A stretch of 64,000 nucleotides of DNA from the NCBI GenBank assembly GCA_020445565.1, contig JAGRGI010000032.1, positions 13,294 through 77,293 on the forward strand, given 5' to 3'. The notes beneath the pieces are model-generated. The model ran no database searches, was not told the DNA's origin, and saw nothing but the letters and a program-made list of their open reading frames with translations. This document shows, one piece after another, positions 63,501 to 64,000 of this stretch; the first letter of the stretch is position 1; every line of letters begins with the position of its first letter. The position numbers were made by a program, and so were the translations under genes. This stretch comes from Chromatiales bacterium. Lineage in GTDB: Bacteria > Pseudomonadota > Gammaproteobacteria > JAGRCI01.

Positions 63501-64000
63501 TTGCCGTTGATGAGGTCCGCCGGCAGGGCTACCAGGGATTGAAAACTGCGATTGGTGAGTCGATAGCGGCCTTGCGGATCCTTCAGGTAGAGCAGTGCCG
63601 TGGTGTTGTCCAGAATGGCCTGCAGCCTTGCCTCGCTGGCGCGAACCTCTTCGAGCAGATTCTCACGTTCTTGGAGCAGCCGCTTGAAACTGTCGGTCTC
63701 CACGGAGATACGCCCGGCGACGGGACGCACCAGCAGGTATGTCAGCGCCCCCCCCACCGCCATCAGCAACAGGATAGAGATACCCGCAATCAGGGCTTTG
63801 TTCCTGGCCAGACGATAGAAGGCGTCACGTTCACTGAACACGGCCAGCACCCAGTCCACCCCGTCGAGTCGACGATAGGCGCCGACCCAGGCTGAAGCGC
63901 CCTGGCCGGGCTGGAGATCCGTCCACCGCGGTTTGTCCGCGGTGTCTGACAGGGCTCGGTTCATCTCCTCGGCTGAGAAAGTGAAGGCGTCAGCCCGATC
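60554..64000 (-). CDS. hybrid sensor histidine kinase/response regulator with multiple PAS domains (5' end outside window)
   Basis: At least 1136 aa in the window: a TM segment, four or five PAS/PAC modules, HisKA (MSHEIRTPMNAVLG), HATPase_c, then a C-terminal REC (LAVEDVDLNRIIL...DVILMDIQMP). The frame is still open at the window edge, so the N-terminal sensor is truncated by the window. Confidence 0.85.
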   Translation of the reverse strand, partial: DRADAFTFSAEEMNRALSDTADKPRWTDLQPGQGASAWVGAYRRLDGVDWVLAVFSERDAFYRLARNKALIAGISILLLMAVGGALTYLLVRPVAGRISVETDSFKRLLQERENLLEEVRASEARLQAILDNTTALLYLKDPQGRYRLTNRSFQSLVALPADLINGKTEDALFPAEFAALSQKHDREVADHLQPLEVDERLEHLGEIHHYLAVKFPILDARGELVGVCGILTDISERKKAEQELVRSEERFELAMKAANDGLWDWDLTTDEVYYSPRWKSMLGYEDHELDNVLATWQSLTGDVGREATLDLVSACLRGDSEGFSIAFRMRHKLGYWVDILSRGLLVRDAQGKPVRMVGTHQDISARIRDEQALRESRQRLHEEKEFVDAVLQAAGNIIVVLNRKGYFERINKATEELTGYRFEELRGKPFYETVIPPELRAEVKAVFSDLMDEKIVRKHQNEWQMKDGSRRMIDWHNTVLTDADGNISHVVSQGYDITDMRLTAQELQEHRDKLEVMVRQRTEELQASMAYNRTLFQTSPIGLVLCDMDGRFVDVNPAFLKIIGYDDAEVKSLSYWDVTPREYEAQEAQQLQSLRDTGFYGPYEKEYRHKDGHRVPVKLSGLLIEQEGQTFIWSAVEDTSELKAQRSQLETVIENLPAVFFIKDDQHRHLLVNRRFEQAVGLDGKQILGRTDTDLFPPAVAQHLSETDSNVLNGKQAVSYEESFTHPDGNMHDYLTTKVPLFNEHTQRYNLLGIAVDISELKQLQHELSAARDRAEKLAQAKSVFLANMSHEIRTPMNAVLGFARMGLRDSEDAGLTEKFRHILNSGEHLLAILNDILDLSKIDAGKMAVIAEPMDLMDLVDGIAKLFAEECECKGLDLHVETQSGLPDRLSGDALRLRQVLVNLMSNAIKFTDRGSVSLRVTRRGEEICFAVQDSGIGIESSRLEGLFQPFDQGDSSTTRRFGGTGLGLAICQNLAGLMGGYIEAASEQGKGSTFTLCLPLREVQEMRGAPAKEEQQPTARRRLQGLRILAVEDVDLNRIILHDMLHAEGAELVFAENGREAVAKVEELGEGALDVILMDIQMPLMDGYEATRRIHQLAPMLPVIGLTAHALQEERGRCLAAGMVEHVTKPFDLDQIVTAINSWVPK

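Overview
This window is a GC-rich (about 62%) gammaproteobacterial chromosomal segment densely packed with housekeeping operons. The gene content (TusA/DsrE sulfur-trafficking pair, an SQR-like flavoprotein, menaquinone genes, an Xps-type T2SS, HD-GYP signalling) fits a sulfur-oxidising Chromatiales/Ectothiorhodospiraceae-like or Xanthomonadales-like organism. The main features, most of them on the minus strand, are:
- menA–menC (menaquinone) and a Zn-dependent alcohol dehydrogenase.
- A three-gene operon: hypothetical protein, GCS2-family ligase, AstE/AspA-family (M14-like) deacylase.
- A dCache methyl-accepting chemotaxis protein, ispB and tRNA-Pro(CGG).
- A complete Xps-type type II secretion system (gspE-F-G-H-I-J-K-L-M-N-D), followed by a small exported protein and a large acidic secreted protein that is a candidate substrate.
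- A beta-CASP MBL hydrolase and a Uma2 endonuclease, with a truncated Uma2 remnant elsewhere in the window.
- tetR–tusA–dsrE, with a shared palindromic operator at both promoters.
- yyaL-like thioredoxin protein, tatCBA and hisE-[SYLF]-hisI-F-A-H-B.
- zapE, an orphan TRAP substrate-binding protein and uvrD.
- A sensor kinase plus periplasmic SBP partner, an NhaP-type antiporter, and xerC–DUF484–dapF–CoA-binding protein–methyltransferase–lysA–lptM.
- A response regulator with a degenerate HD-GYP domain, an SQR-like flavoprotein, a sterol desaturase-family protein, hemB, a 5'-3' exonuclease, and a large multi-PAS hybrid histidine kinase that runs off the window end.
- No CRISPR array, integrase or transposase was seen.
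The most interesting items are the TetR operator pair controlling tusA-dsrE, the GCS2/AstE-like/unknown operon, the degenerate HD-GYP regulator, and the T2SS with an adjacent candidate substrate.
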